The position numbers and the translations under genes are program-made. This document shows positions 17,238 to 26,653 of a DNA stretch of 64,000 bases, piece after piece; positions within the stretch are counted from its first letter, which is position 1; each line of letters begins with the position of its first letter. The stretch spans positions 47,301 to 111,300 of the forward strand of contig CAZXCL010000001.1 in NCBI GenBank assembly GCA_964639265.1, written 5' to 3'. The notes under the pieces are model-generated. The model did no database searches. It was not told the origin of the DNA and worked only from the letters and a program-made list of their open reading frames with translations. Origin of the DNA: an uncultured Gammaproteobacteria bacterium. GTDB lineage: Bacteria; Pseudomonadota; Gammaproteobacteria; Steroidobacterales; JBCCMA01.

Positions 17238-18584
17238 TCAAGGCGTGCGATTGATCATAATCGTGACCTTTAATCCACCGTTCTTGCGATTGCTCAGGCT
17301 CAGGCGGCCACCGTGAGCCTCGACAATTTCTCGGCACAACGGCAGACCAAGCCCGGTTCCGCTTTGCTTGGTGGAATAAAATGGCAGCAACGCATTCTTC
17401 AGCACGCGTTCGGACATGCCGCTGCCGCGATCACAAACCTCAAAACGCGTTGTGGCCTCGTAGGAATGCACACGCATGATGACCTGCTCCGGGTCGCTGC
17501 CCGACTCGTGGGCGTTTTTCAAAAGATTGATCAACACCTGTTCAAACTGAGCTGGATCAACATCGATCTGCCCCTCAGGCTCCGGCGGTTCGCAGCGAAA
17601 CTCCATGGATCTTTGCAATCCGAAAACCAGCTCAACCAGCTGCACCGTTTCGAGTCGCGGCGATGGCAGACGCGCGAAGCGCGCATAGCCTTCAATAAAA
17701 TCCTTGAGGTGACTCGCGCGATCCTCAATCGTTGCGAAAATTTCGCCAAGCCGGCTCTGGTCCGCTTTCTGCAGCACCAGTCCGCCCGAGTGCGCCAGTG
17801 ATGATATCGGCGCCAGCGAATTGTTGAGTTCATGGCTGATGACCCGGATTACTTTCTTCCAGGTAGCCACCTCCTGACGATTGAGTTCGTGGGTCAATCG
17901 TTTGAACAGATACAGGCGATGGGGCTGGGCATTGAGTTCAAAATTGCGACATGACAAATGGTAGGTTTGCGGATCATCTTCGCTCCCCACGCTGAACAAA
18001 CCGTCGCGATGGGCCGCCACGGCGCGCGCGTAACCCTCGTCGAGCGGCTTTAGGATTTCATTGAAATCGAAGCCATTGAGCGGCTTGCCCTCGCGAAACA
18101 GGTGTCTGGCCGCACCGTTGCTGTAGACAATACGATCGTTGCGGTTGCCGAGGACCAGCGCCAGCGGCGTGGTCTGGATGACGGTGTCGAGCAACAGTTC
18201 ACGCTGAAACAGACTCTGACGCTCGCGCCGCAGCACGTCGCCCAGGTCGTTGTACACCTCAACGAGCTGCCCGATCTCATCGCGACGTTTTGTCGCAATG
18301 CCGGTACTGAAATCGCCGTCCTTGAGCCCTGAAACGCCGTCACTGAGGGCCAGAATCAATCGCCGCACCGGACGCATGAGTGCGTTGCCGGCCACCGCCG
18401 CGAGCGTGCCGCCAAGCAGCAGCGAGATAACAAAGGCCAACCACGGACTTGTGAGTGACCGCATCAACAGCACGGTGACGCCTGTGGTGGTCAGCACAAC
18501 AAGCGCCAAAGCGAGTGTGACCTTGCCGGCCAGTGAAAAACGACCCATAAGCCCCATGGTGTTGCTCGGCGAGCGCAAACGCAA
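17238..18584 (-). CDS. Sensor histidine kinase (2 adjacent TM, HAMP, PAS-like, HisKA, HATPase)
   Basis: ISHELNNSL H-box, QVLINLLKNA N-box, DRGSG, PFYSTK and GTGLGL. Confidence 0.93.
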   Translation of the reverse strand: MRLRSPSNTMGLMGRFSLAGKVTLALALVVLTTTGVTVLLMRSLTSPWLAFVISLLLGGTLAAVAGNALMRPVRRLILALSDGVSGLKDGDFSTGIATKRRDEIGQLVEVYNDLGDVLRRERQSLFQRELLLDTVIQTTPLALVLGNRNDRIVYSNGAARHLFREGKPLNGFDFNEILKPLDEGYARAVAAHRDGLFSVGSEDDPQTYHLSCRNFELNAQPHRLYLFKRLTHELNRQEVATWKKVIRVISHELNNSLAPISSLAHSGGLVLQKADQSRLGEIFATIEDRASHLKDFIEGYARFARLPSPRLETVQLVELVFGLQRSMEFRCEPPEPEGQIDVDPAQFEQVLINLLKNAHESGSDPEQVIMRVHSYEATTRFEVCDRGSGMSERVLKNALLPFYSTKQSGTGLGLPLCREIVEAHGGRLSLSNRKNGGLKVTIMINRTP

Positions 18585-18595
18585 CCATCCGGCCG

Positions 18596-19930
18596 CTATT
18601 TGCTGATGCCAAACTTCTCCATGCGCCGATACAGCGCCTGACGGCTCATGCCCAGCTGACGAGCCGCGCGGGCCACGACGCCGCGTGCTTGTTCAAGCGC
18701 CGCGAGCACCTGGGCCTTGTCGGGCTCGTGGCCAACCTTGACCTCCACCGGCGTGGCACTGGCAAGCTGCAGGTCTTCTGCGCGTACCGCACCGTTGCCG
18801 GTCAGAAGGCACGCTCGGCGCAGGCTGTTTTGCAATTCGCGAACATTCCCCGGCCAGCTGTGGCGAGTCAGCGCGACCTCGGCCTCGGGTGTAAGCGCGC
18901 ACCCTTCCTCAAGAAAGTGTGCAGCAAGTGGCAGAACATCGTCGCTGCGTTCTTTCAACGCTGGCAGCTCGAGTTCAATGACGTTGAGCCGGTAGTACAG
19001 GTCTTCGCGGAAACTGCCGTCGCGCACGGCCGCTTGTAAATCCGCATTGGTCGCGCTGATAACCCGCACCTGCACGTGACGTGTCTGACTGCTGCCGAGC
19101 CTCTCGAAGTCGCCGGTTTGAAGAACGCGCAAAAGCTTGGCCTGCCCGTCGAGACTGAGATTACCAATCTCATCAAGAAACAGCGTGCCGCCGTCGGCTG
19201 CCTCAAAGCGACCCTCGCGTGCGGTTTTTGCGCCGGTGTAAGCGCCCGCTTCGGCGCCGAACAGTTCGCTTTCCATCAGGTCTGCTGGCAATGCGCCCAC
19301 GTTGACCTTGATGAACGGCTGATCGCGCAAACCGGAGTTGGCCTGCACAATTTCAGCAAGTTTTTCCTTGCCGGCTCCGTTTGGGCCGGTTATCAGCACG
19401 GGCACATCCGCATGGGCGATACGAGTGGCTAGCGTCACGAGCTCATGCATGGCCTCGCTCTCATAGACAATGCCGCACAGATCAAACGTCTCGGCCAGCT
19501 TGCGCCGCGACGCCGAGCGCATTGCAAGAAGTTGCTGTGATCGCTGTGAGGCCTCGCGCAGCTCCAGCAGATTGCGCGCTGTGGTCACCAGCTTGATGTC
19601 ATCCCAGGGCTTGGCCAGGTAGTCGGCCGCACCCGCTTTGACCAGCTCGACGGCCGTTTCAAGGTCCGTCCACGCAGTCAGGAGTATCACCGGCAAATCC
19701 GGTTCCTTCTCCCGTATGCGTCGAAACAGTTCGATGCCCTCCTCGCCCGACGTGGTGTCTTCCGAGAAGTTCATGTCCTGCACGACCAGATCGATCGGGT
19801 GCGCATCAAGGGCGGCCAGGCCGTCCTCGGCGTCCGCCGCCGACACCACCGAAAGATCATGCAGCGAGAACAACATCTCAAGCGCCGTGCGCACGGCGGC
19901 ATTGTCGTCTACGACAAGAACAGTTTGCAT
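18596..19930 (-). CDS. sigma54-dependent response regulator (NtrC family bEBP); start ATG 19930
   Basis: MQTVLVVDD receiver domain, DMNF phospho-Asp, Walker A GPNGAGKE, GAYTGA loop, LFLDEIG, WPGNVREL and Fis-type HTH AARQLGMSRQALYRR. Confidence 0.95.
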   Translation of the reverse strand: MQTVLVVDDNAAVRTALEMLFSLHDLSVVSAADAEDGLAALDAHPIDLVVQDMNFSEDTTSGEEGIELFRRIREKEPDLPVILLTAWTDLETAVELVKAGAADYLAKPWDDIKLVTTARNLLELREASQRSQQLLAMRSASRRKLAETFDLCGIVYESEAMHELVTLATRIAHADVPVLITGPNGAGKEKLAEIVQANSGLRDQPFIKVNVGALPADLMESELFGAEAGAYTGAKTAREGRFEAADGGTLFLDEIGNLSLDGQAKLLRVLQTGDFERLGSSQTRHVQVRVISATNADLQAAVRDGSFREDLYYRLNVIELELPALKERSDDVLPLAAHFLEEGCALTPEAEVALTRHSWPGNVRELQNSLRRACLLTGNGAVRAEDLQLASATPVEVKVGHEPDKAQVLAALEQARGVVARAARQLGMSRQALYRRMEKFGISK

Positions 19931-19962
19931 ATCAGTTTTGACGTCTTCGGGGTGCAAGAGGT

Positions 19963-21171
19963 TTAAACAGTTCGGGTGGCCACAGCCGGGGATATCACCG
20001 ATGCGCGACGCGCCGGTCCAAGTACGGCAAGAAGCCCCAGTGCCCACATCGTCAGTACGCCCAGCGGCAGATACACAGGATCGAGACGCTCAAGCGAATA
20101 CTCGGTGGCCAGATAGTAATTCAGGAGCAAGGACAACACGACCCCGAGAATGACGCCAGCCGTTGTCATCAGCCAGTTCTCGGTCAGGAAGTAGCGCAGG
20201 ATATCCGAGCGTTTGGCCCCGACGGCACGACGTGTGCCGATCTGCTTTGTACGTTGACGCACATTAAAAGCGGCCAGACCCACGATACCCAAGGCGGTTA
20301 CCGTGATCAGCAGTGCAATCACAACCATCAGCGCCACGGCCATACCGCGGGCGCCTGAATAGGACTTGTCCGAGATCTCGCGCAGGCTGCGTACGGTGTT
20401 GACCAGCCGTGACGTGTTGCTGAACGCCAGTTTGTCCTCAACCAGAGGAATCAGCGCATCAAGCTGGTCCGACTCGACGTTCAGCATGTAGCGGGTCATC
20501 GGTCCGCCTGAAATGAACGGAAACAACACAACGTTGCCCACTTCTTCCCAGCCGAGCCACGCACCGAGCATGGTGTCCATGACACCCACAATTTCGATTG
20601 GGGTGTCATTGCCATCATAAAAGTAGCGTCCGGCGAAGGTGGTCTCGTCTGGAAACAGCTTTTTCGCAAAGCGCTCGGTCACAATGGCCTTCGTCGGGCT
20701 GTGCTGCTCGCCGGCCGTTACCGAGTAGATCTCCTCAGCGCGGAACACTCGCCCTTCCTTGAGCGTCACGCCAAGTGTCTCGATACCCTCTTCATCAATG
20801 CCGTAGTAGTTGGCGACAACGTCGAAATTGCTGTCCTCATCGGGGCTCGGTTCAAACCCGTTGGCGCTGCCGCTGCCGCTTAGCGGCACGGAGTCGCTGA
20901 CCGTCACCGAACGCACACCTGGCAGGCTGCGCAACATATCCAGATCCGCCACTACGGTGGCGTGGTGATCGTAGTCGGCCGCAAAGCCAAAGCTCCCGGC
21001 GGCAATAATGTTGTCGGTGGCAAGTCCATCGTCGCGCTGCATGAACGCAACGCGCTGCTGGACGATAAACACGGCGTTCACGATCACCGCCAAAGCGATG
21101 GCAATTTGCAGGGCGACGAGTACAGCGCCGGTCTTGTTGCGTGACATGGCACGCAGGATGGGTCCAAACAT
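19963..21171 (-). CDS. MacB/FtsX-type ABC permease
   Basis: N-terminal TM, large periplasmic domain, RTKQIGTRRAVGA motif and three C-terminal TMs. Confidence 0.92.
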   Translation of the reverse strand: MFGPILRAMSRNKTGAVLVALQIAIALAVIVNAVFIVQQRVAFMQRDDGLATDNIIAAGSFGFAADYDHHATVVADLDMLRSLPGVRSVTVSDSVPLSGSGSANGFEPSPDEDSNFDVVANYYGIDEEGIETLGVTLKEGRVFRAEEIYSVTAGEQHSPTKAIVTERFAKKLFPDETTFAGRYFYDGNDTPIEIVGVMDTMLGAWLGWEEVGNVVLFPFISGGPMTRYMLNVESDQLDALIPLVEDKLAFSNTSRLVNTVRSLREISDKSYSGARGMAVALMVVIALLITVTALGIVGLAAFNVRQRTKQIGTRRAVGAKRSDILRYFLTENWLMTTAGVILGVVLSLLLNYYLATEYSLERLDPVYLPLGVLTMWALGLLAVLGPARRASVISPAVATRTV

Positions 21172-21180
21172 GATGATGTC

Positions 21181-22497
21181 CTATTGCGTTTTGAGGTAGC
21201 TGGCGGGTGTGACCTGGCACACGCGCCATGTGGGATACAGGCCCGCCAGCACGGCGGAGACCACGGCGATACCCACCGCGGTCAGCACAAGACCGAGATC
21301 CAGATGCACCAGATGCTCATATCCGTGCATGAGCTTGCGAACACCGAACAACCCGAGCAGGCACAAGCCCAGTCCAACCAGCCCGCCGAGTACGCCAATC
21401 AGGGAGACCTCAACAAGGTGCTGGCGAAAAATGGCGCCCTTGCTTGCACCGAGCGCGCGTCGCACACCGATGACACTGGCCTTGCCCTGAAACCGGGCCA
21501 ACAAGATACCGACGGCATTGAACAGACAGACAGCGAGAAACAGAAACGACAAGCCGACCAGGACTGAGTTGTCCTCACTCACGACTTCATTGAACGCCAG
21601 CCATTCGTTGACGTTCATGACATAGTTGTTGAGGTCGCGGGGCAACCGGCCGAGTTCCTTCTGCTCCATGACGTAGGCGTCCAGCTGGCTTTTGTACGGC
21701 GCCACTTCGTCAGGCGACTCAAGCTCGATCCAGTACTGAATCCAGACGCAATTGCTCTGCAGAAAGTCCTCCCACGCGGTGTTGTCCTCTGAACCCCAGC
21801 AGTTGGTGTTGCCGGCGCGGTTGAGCTGACCAAACTGCAGCATGGAAAATGGCAGAAACAAGTCCTGCGTATCGTCAAAATAGCCGTTGTTCAGATCGTA
21901 GAACGTGGGTATGGGCTGCCACTCATCCATGACCCCGACAATCGTGTAACGCTCGGTGCCCAGCTGGATGGTCTTGCCGACGCTGTTTTCACCGCCGAAA
22001 TATTTCTCATTGATTCTCTGAGTCAGCACCACGACGCGCTCGGCCTGCGCATCCACGCGCTGCGGCCAGCCGCCGCCATACTGAAACGGCACCTCAAACA
22101 TCTCGAAGAAGTCACCGTCGGTCATGCGGCCGCCCGCGTAGAACGGCTTAAGCTCCGGATCATCCGGCACCACCGTGAAAACGGCCTTGAACATGGCCGC
22201 CCGACGCTTTGTGCCTGAAAAATCACGCAGGGCCATGGCGTCAATGTAGGTCAACTGCTCCGGCGCGCCCTCGGGCTTGCTGTCGTTGGCCGGTGAGTCG
22301 GGGCTCCAGCTGTCAATCTGTACGTTGAACAGCACGTCGCTCTTGGCCGGAATCGGGTCCCCCGCCATGGCGGCGTAGATGGTCAATGTGACCATAGACA
22401 TGCCCACACCCAGCGCAATGAGGCCAACGACCAGTGCACTGAGCACCGGGCTTTTGCGCAGACTCTGCTGCGCCAGTCTCAAGTGATAGGCAAGCAC
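21181..22497 (-). CDS. MacB/FtsX-type ABC permease
   Basis: MLAYHLRLA…, FFEMFEVPFQYG and IGVRRALGASK motifs; MacB topology. Confidence 0.92.
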   Translation of the reverse strand: MLAYHLRLAQQSLRKSPVLSALVVGLIALGVGMSMVTLTIYAAMAGDPIPAKSDVLFNVQIDSWSPDSPANDSKPEGAPEQLTYIDAMALRDFSGTKRRAAMFKAVFTVVPDDPELKPFYAGGRMTDGDFFEMFEVPFQYGGGWPQRVDAQAERVVVLTQRINEKYFGGENSVGKTIQLGTERYTIVGVMDEWQPIPTFYDLNNGYFDDTQDLFLPFSMLQFGQLNRAGNTNCWGSEDNTAWEDFLQSNCVWIQYWIELESPDEVAPYKSQLDAYVMEQKELGRLPRDLNNYVMNVNEWLAFNEVVSEDNSVLVGLSFLFLAVCLFNAVGILLARFQGKASVIGVRRALGASKGAIFRQHLVEVSLIGVLGGLVGLGLCLLGLFGVRKLMHGYEHLVHLDLGLVLTAVGIAVVSAVLAGLYPTWRVCQVTPASYLKTQ

Positions 22498-22498
22498 G

Positions 22499-23215
22499 TT
22501 ACTGACCTACCGCGACGTCTGCCTGATCGTCAGGTTGCCCGCCGAAAGGATTGAAATCGGTGACCTGCCCGTCGAGCAGACAAATCGTGCGATGCGCGCG
22601 TCGTGCCAGCTCGGCATCGTGCGTGACCATCACAACCGTTGTGCCCTGCGCGTTGATCTCCTCGAGGATGTCCATCACCTGGCGCGCCATAAGCGAGTCA
22701 AGATTTCCCGTTGGCTCGTCGGCCAGCAAAAACCGTGGCTCTCCGGCCAGCGCGCGGGCGATCGCCACGCGCTGCTGCTGGCCACCGGACAACTGCGATG
22801 GCAGGTGTTTCATTCGCGACTGCAGCCCGACACGGCCGAGCGCATTCTCAATGCGCTCGGCCCGCTCCTTGGCCGGCATGCGGCGATAGCGCAGCGGAAC
22901 GTCGACATTGTCGAACAAGCTCAGATCGGGAATCAGGTTGAAGCTCTGGAAGATGAAGCCGATCTTCTCGTTACGAATACGCGAGCGCTGATTGTCCGAC
23001 AGACCGCTGACCGATTCGCCGTCCAGCTCGTACACGCCGCTTGAGGGCACCTCGAGCAGCCCCGCGATGTTTAAAAACGTGGTTTTGCCGGAGCCAGAAG
23101 GACCGGTAACGGCCACAAACTCGCCGTCGCCGACGTTCAGGCTCAGGCCACGCAACGCATGCGTTTCGACCAGATCGGTTTGGTATACACGGCTAATGTC
23201 TTGCATTTTAAGCAT
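22499..23215 (-). CDS. ABC ATP-binding protein (LolD/MacB-type)
   Basis: GPSGSGKT, IGFIFQSFNL, LSGGQQQRVAIARAL, LADEPTGNLD and VTHD motifs. Confidence 0.95.
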   Translation of the reverse strand: MLKMQDISRVYQTDLVETHALRGLSLNVGDGEFVAVTGPSGSGKTTFLNIAGLLEVPSSGVYELDGESVSGLSDNQRSRIRNEKIGFIFQSFNLIPDLSLFDNVDVPLRYRRMPAKERAERIENALGRVGLQSRMKHLPSQLSGGQQQRVAIARALAGEPRFLLADEPTGNLDSLMARQVMDILEEINAQGTTVVMVTHDAELARRAHRTICLLDGQVTDFNPFGGQPDDQADVAVGQ

Positions 23216-23251
23216 GGTGTTTCTCTTTCGTTTACGTGTGGCAGTTAAAAA

Positions 23252-24559
23252 TCAGCGACTGATAAACACGGTGTCCGCACCGCGCATGGGATTGATTGAC
23301 GAGATGATGACGCGCTCGCCCTCACGGAGCCCTTCGAGCACCTCGACGCGGCCGTTGCTGCTGGCACCGAGCCGTATGCTGCGGCGCTCGGCGGTATCGC
23401 CATCGACGACATAGATCACGCGTCCACCACCGCTGTCGATAAACGCGCCGCGCGGTAGCGTGAGCGCGTCGGTCACCGACTCAAGCGTCAGCTCGGTCGT
23501 GACGCGCTGGTTCTGACGCAAGCCATCCGGCGTCTGGTTGAAGCGAATGCGCGCGAGCACGGTGTTGTTCGTGACCTCCGGCGAAATGGCGCGCAGCTGG
23601 CCTTCGTGTTCTTCATTGCCGTAGCGAATAACCGCATCCATTCCCGGTGCCAGTCGCTCGGCGTAGCTTTGTGCGATGCGTGCTTCAACCTCGAATGCTG
23701 TGAGATCCACGACCGACAGCAGAGCCTGATTGGCCGACACCGATTCTTTCTGCGCAACGTTCACCGTGCCGACCATGCCGCTCACCGGAGCCGTCACCTC
23801 CAGCGCCGCCACCTGTCGTGCCAGATCGTCCACCCGCAGTGACTGCCGGTCACGTTCCAGACGCAGCGTTTGAAGTTCGAAGTCCAGACTCTCTTTTTCC
23901 AGGGCCATGGCGGCGTTGGCGTGTTCAGATCGAACCACGGCACGCTCAACGTCATCGCGTGCCTTTTCAAAATCCTGACGACTGATGACCTGAATCTCCC
24001 AGGCCGCCGTCGCGCGGCGCAGTTCACGCTCGGCCGCGATACGATCCATACGCGCAACGTCGGCCACCTCTTCTGATCGCAAAGCCTGCTGCTTGTGCTC
24101 AATCAGACGTCGTTGAAGATTCGTATCCAGCGACTGCAGCGTGGCGCGCTCCTGTGCCAACGTATTGGACAGCTCCGGGCTGTCAACGCGCGCCAGCGTA
24201 TCGCCCTGCTCGACCAGATCACCGGCTTTGACCATGAGCGTCACAGTGCCGGCTGACTGCGCATAGACCGACGGACTCACCGCAGCGATCACCAGACCCG
24301 GTGCCGATACGTCGCGTGAAAAGGTGCCACGCTCGACCGTCGCGAAGCGCAGTCGCTCCGCATTCACGGCGGCGCCGGAAAACAGAAAATTCTTGAGTAA
24401 GGCGCCAAGCAGCCCGAGCAACAAAAGGACCACCAGCGTCAGCGCAACCGGCTTGCGCCAGCGCCCACCGGGGTCCTTGCGAACCGTATCCTGCGCCGAG
24501 GTGTCGCGGATGGTCGTGTTGCCGGTCTTTGGCGTGATGGTGCGAACCGGCGCGGTCAC
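23252..24559 (-). CDS. MacA-like periplasmic adaptor (MFP); probable GTG start at 24559
   Basis: IRDTSAQD N-terminus, TM anchor, long coiled coil and VTAPVSGMV; the GTG overlaps the stop of the upstream small ORF (GTGA). Confidence 0.9.
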   Translation of the reverse strand: MTAPVRTITPKTGNTTIRDTSAQDTVRKDPGGRWRKPVALTLVVLLLLGLLGALLKNFLFSGAAVNAERLRFATVERGTFSRDVSAPGLVIAAVSPSVYAQSAGTVTLMVKAGDLVEQGDTLARVDSPELSNTLAQERATLQSLDTNLQRRLIEHKQQALRSEEVADVARMDRIAAERELRRATAAWEIQVISRQDFEKARDDVERAVVRSEHANAAMALEKESLDFELQTLRLERDRQSLRVDDLARQVAALEVTAPVSGMVGTVNVAQKESVSANQALLSVVDLTAFEVEARIAQSYAERLAPGMDAVIRYGNEEHEGQLRAISPEVTNNTVLARIRFNQTPDGLRQNQRVTTELTLESVTDALTLPRGAFIDSGGGRVIYVVDGDTAERRSIRLGASSNGRVEVLEGLREGERVIISSINPMRGADTVFISR

Positions 24560-24765
24560 AGCGACAGTTCCACGTTTGGCAGGATGACCACCGGAGCAGC
24601 CGGTACCCGATGGGCGGGCGCGCACTGTTCATGACCGGCGAGAAACTGGCCTTCCGGCGCACGTGCATGGCTAACCGCAATCAGCAGCGCAATTTCGAGC
24701 AGCACACTGCAACCACCGAGAACAAAGGCAAGTCGTTTGGCGTGAAGAGCTGGCGAAGTTTTCAT
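24556..24765 (-). CDS. 69-aa small single-TM protein, first gene of the sigma54 operon
   Basis: AGGA RBS, one hydrophobic helix (LAFVLGGCSVLLEIALLIAV), located between the sigma54 promoter and the MFP, with translational coupling to the MFP. Confidence 0.6.
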   Translation of the reverse strand: MKTSPALHAKRLAFVLGGCSVLLEIALLIAVSHARAPEGQFLAGHEQCAPAHRVPAAPVVILPNVELSL

Positions 24766-24825
24766 GTCTCATATCCTGCGAAGTGATGTCGTGAGACGCA
24801 CTGTTTGTGGCCTCAATGACTACTA

Positions 24826-24842
24826 AGCAGAAAGCGTGCCAA
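24826..24842 (-). promoter_or_regulatory. sigma54 promoter of the small-ORF/MacAB/TCS operon
   Basis: Minus strand reads TTGGCAC-GCTTT-CTGCT with exact -24/-12 spacing, 60 bp upstream of the small ORF. Confidence 0.75.
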
Positions 24843-24857
24843 CTTTCGGAAACATTT

Positions 24858-24870
24858 TAAGTCACTGGTT
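24858..24870 (-). promoter_or_regulatory. IHF-like site
   Basis: AACCAGTGACTTA versus WATCAANNNNTTR (2 mismatches), in an AT-rich tract between the promoter and the palindromes. Confidence 0.4.
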
Positions 24871-24895
24871 TTAAATGCTTTTATGAATTTCTGCT

Positions 24896-24960
24896 GGACA
24901 AACGGAGTGTCCGATGTGTCCGTCCGCGGACGCCGGACGGACACCCGTACGGACAGTCCG
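24896..24960. promoter_or_regulatory. Cluster of TGTCCG/CGGACA half-sites with an 11-bp perfect inverted repeat (candidate bEBP UAS)
   Basis: GTGTCCGTCCG-N7-CGGACGGACAC (24916-24944), with further half-sites at 24896, 24908 and 24950. Confidence 0.6.
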
Positions 24961-25028
24961 GTCGCAGTTGCAGCACAGCCGTGCGGCTCGCTATCATCAG
25001 ATTGGTCAGAAACAACAGAAGAGACGCA

Positions 25029-25556
25029 ATGGAACTCTCGCCGACCGTTCAAAAGTACATTCTTCACTGGGGTGAGATGGGGTCGCGCTGGGGCGTGAAT
25101 CGGACCATCGCGCAGATTCACGCACTGCTCTATTTGTCACCGTCCGCCCTGCCCGCCGAGGACATCGCGAGAATTCTGTCCGTCGCACGCTCCAATGTCT
25201 CGACCTCGTTGCGCGAACTGCACAGCTACGGACTGATCAAGGTGACGCATCGCCTCGGGGATCGTCGGGATCACTTCGAAGCGCTGACCGACGTCTGGGA
25301 GCTGTTTGCCGTGATTCTGGATCAACGCAAACGCCGTGAAATCGATCCGACGCTGGCTGTGCTGCGGCAGTGTTCAGAAGATGCTGAGAATGATGAGAAG
25401 ACCGATGCTCAAACCAAGGCGCGGATTCACGACATGCTGGATTTTGTGGAGCAGACCACCAACTGGTACGAGCAGATGCGTCAGGTGCCCAAGCCCGTCA
25501 TTTTGAAGCTTATGAAACTCGGCGCGAAGATCGTCAAGGCCGTACCCAAGCCGTAA
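25029..25556 (+). CDS. GbsR/MarR-family transcriptional regulator; start ATG 25029
   Basis: YILHWGEMGSRWGVNRTIAQIHALLY and HTH ARSNVSTSLREL…GDRRDHF. Confidence 0.9.
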   Translation: MELSPTVQKYILHWGEMGSRWGVNRTIAQIHALLYLSPSALPAEDIARILSVARSNVSTSLRELHSYGLIKVTHRLGDRRDHFEALTDVWELFAVILDQRKRREIDPTLAVLRQCSEDAENDEKTDAQTKARIHDMLDFVEQTTNWYEQMRQVPKPVILKLMKLGAKIVKAVPKP

Positions 25557-25564
25557 CCTGAAGG

Positions 25565-26653
25565 TCAGCCCGCCGGTTGTGCGCCGGCAGCCGCACCGTG
25601 ACGCGCTGTCACAATGTTGATCGTGGCGCCGTCGCGCAGTGATTCAGCGCCCCGAACCACCACGCGGTCTCCGCGCACCAGATCGCCGCGCACCGCCACC
25701 AGATCGCCACGGCTGTCGCCGGTCGTCACCTCGATTCGCGTTGCGGTTTGATCCTCATTGACACGGAATACGAAAGCGCCCTCGCGCCGCAGAATCAACG
25801 CGTCACGCGGCACGACCAGCGATTCACTGCTGCTGCGCATCGGCACCGCAACGCTCACCAACTCGCCGATTGTAAGCGGCGGCTCGCTGTCGGCCACCGG
25901 ATCAATGCGCAGTTCGAACGCCTGTGCGCGTGCATCCACAGCGGGAATCAGGCTACGTACCACGCCAGATCGCTCTTTCTCGTAACCAAACAAGGCGAGT
26001 GTGTCGCCAGTCTGCACGCGGCCGTAAAAGCGCAGCGGTACCATCACGCGTACCTCGAGGCGCGATACGTCTACCAGTCGCCCGAGGACCGTGCCGCGCG
26101 CAATGTCCTCGCCCTCGCGCCGCTCACGCGCCACCATGACACCGGTGAACGGCGCCCGGATGCTGGCGCGCTCAAGCTGCTGATCAATCTGTGCAATGCG
26201 CAGCTCCGCGATTTTCAAATCGCTGGCCGCGACATCGCGATCAGATATCGTTTGTTCGCGCGCATTGGCCGCAATGCTGGGCAAATCGCTCTGCCTTGCC
26301 ACCTGCGCCGACAGGTACTTTAGCTGCGCGCGTGCGCGGTCCAGCTGCGCCTGCTGTTCGGCACGCTGGAGCTTTAGCGGTATCACATCGATGGTCGCAA
26401 CCACGTCGCCAGCGGCAAGCACCGTGCCGGGCTCGGCCACAAAGGTGAGCTGACCGTCGATACCGGCCGTGATCTGAACATCGTCACGCGAGAAGACGGT
26501 GCCTGCGATGGGCTGCGTTGGCGTTAGCGCGGCCTCCTCAACAGCGGCCACCACCACCGCACTGGGCTTGCCCTGCGCGTTGGCTTCGGGCGCCGGGAGC
26601 GACACCAGGATCATCAGGGCAGAAAGCCCGCACGCAACCAGTTGGTTTTTCAT
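25565..26653 (-). CDS. RND periplasmic adaptor (MFP); start ATG 26653
   Basis: Signal peptide, IRAPFTGV, LVVPRDALI and VVVRGAESLRDG; TGATG overlap with the upstream permease. Confidence 0.9.
   Translation of the reverse strand: MKNQLVACGLSALMILVSLPAPEANAQGKPSAVVVAAVEEAALTPTQPIAGTVFSRDDVQITAGIDGQLTFVAEPGTVLAAGDVVATIDVIPLKLQRAEQQAQLDRARAQLKYLSAQVARQSDLPSIAANAREQTISDRDVAASDLKIAELRIAQIDQQLERASIRAPFTGVMVARERREGEDIARGTVLGRLVDVSRLEVRVMVPLRFYGRVQTGDTLALFGYEKERSGVVRSLIPAVDARAQAFELRIDPVADSEPPLTIGELVSVAVPMRSSSESLVVPRDALILRREGAFVFRVNEDQTATRIEVTTGDSRGDLVAVRGDLVRGDRVVVRGAESLRDGATINIVTARHGAAAGAQPAG

Noticed and set aside
19228-19250. GAYTGA instead of GAFTGA in the bEBP
   Set aside because: The F-to-Y variant occurs in functional sigma54 activators and does not imply sigma54 independence.
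19963-24765. Darobactin/RiPP-like biosynthetic cluster
   Set aside because: The transporter layout is similar, but no radical SAM, YcaO, lanthipeptide or peptidase gene is present and the small ORF has no recognisable RiPP core.
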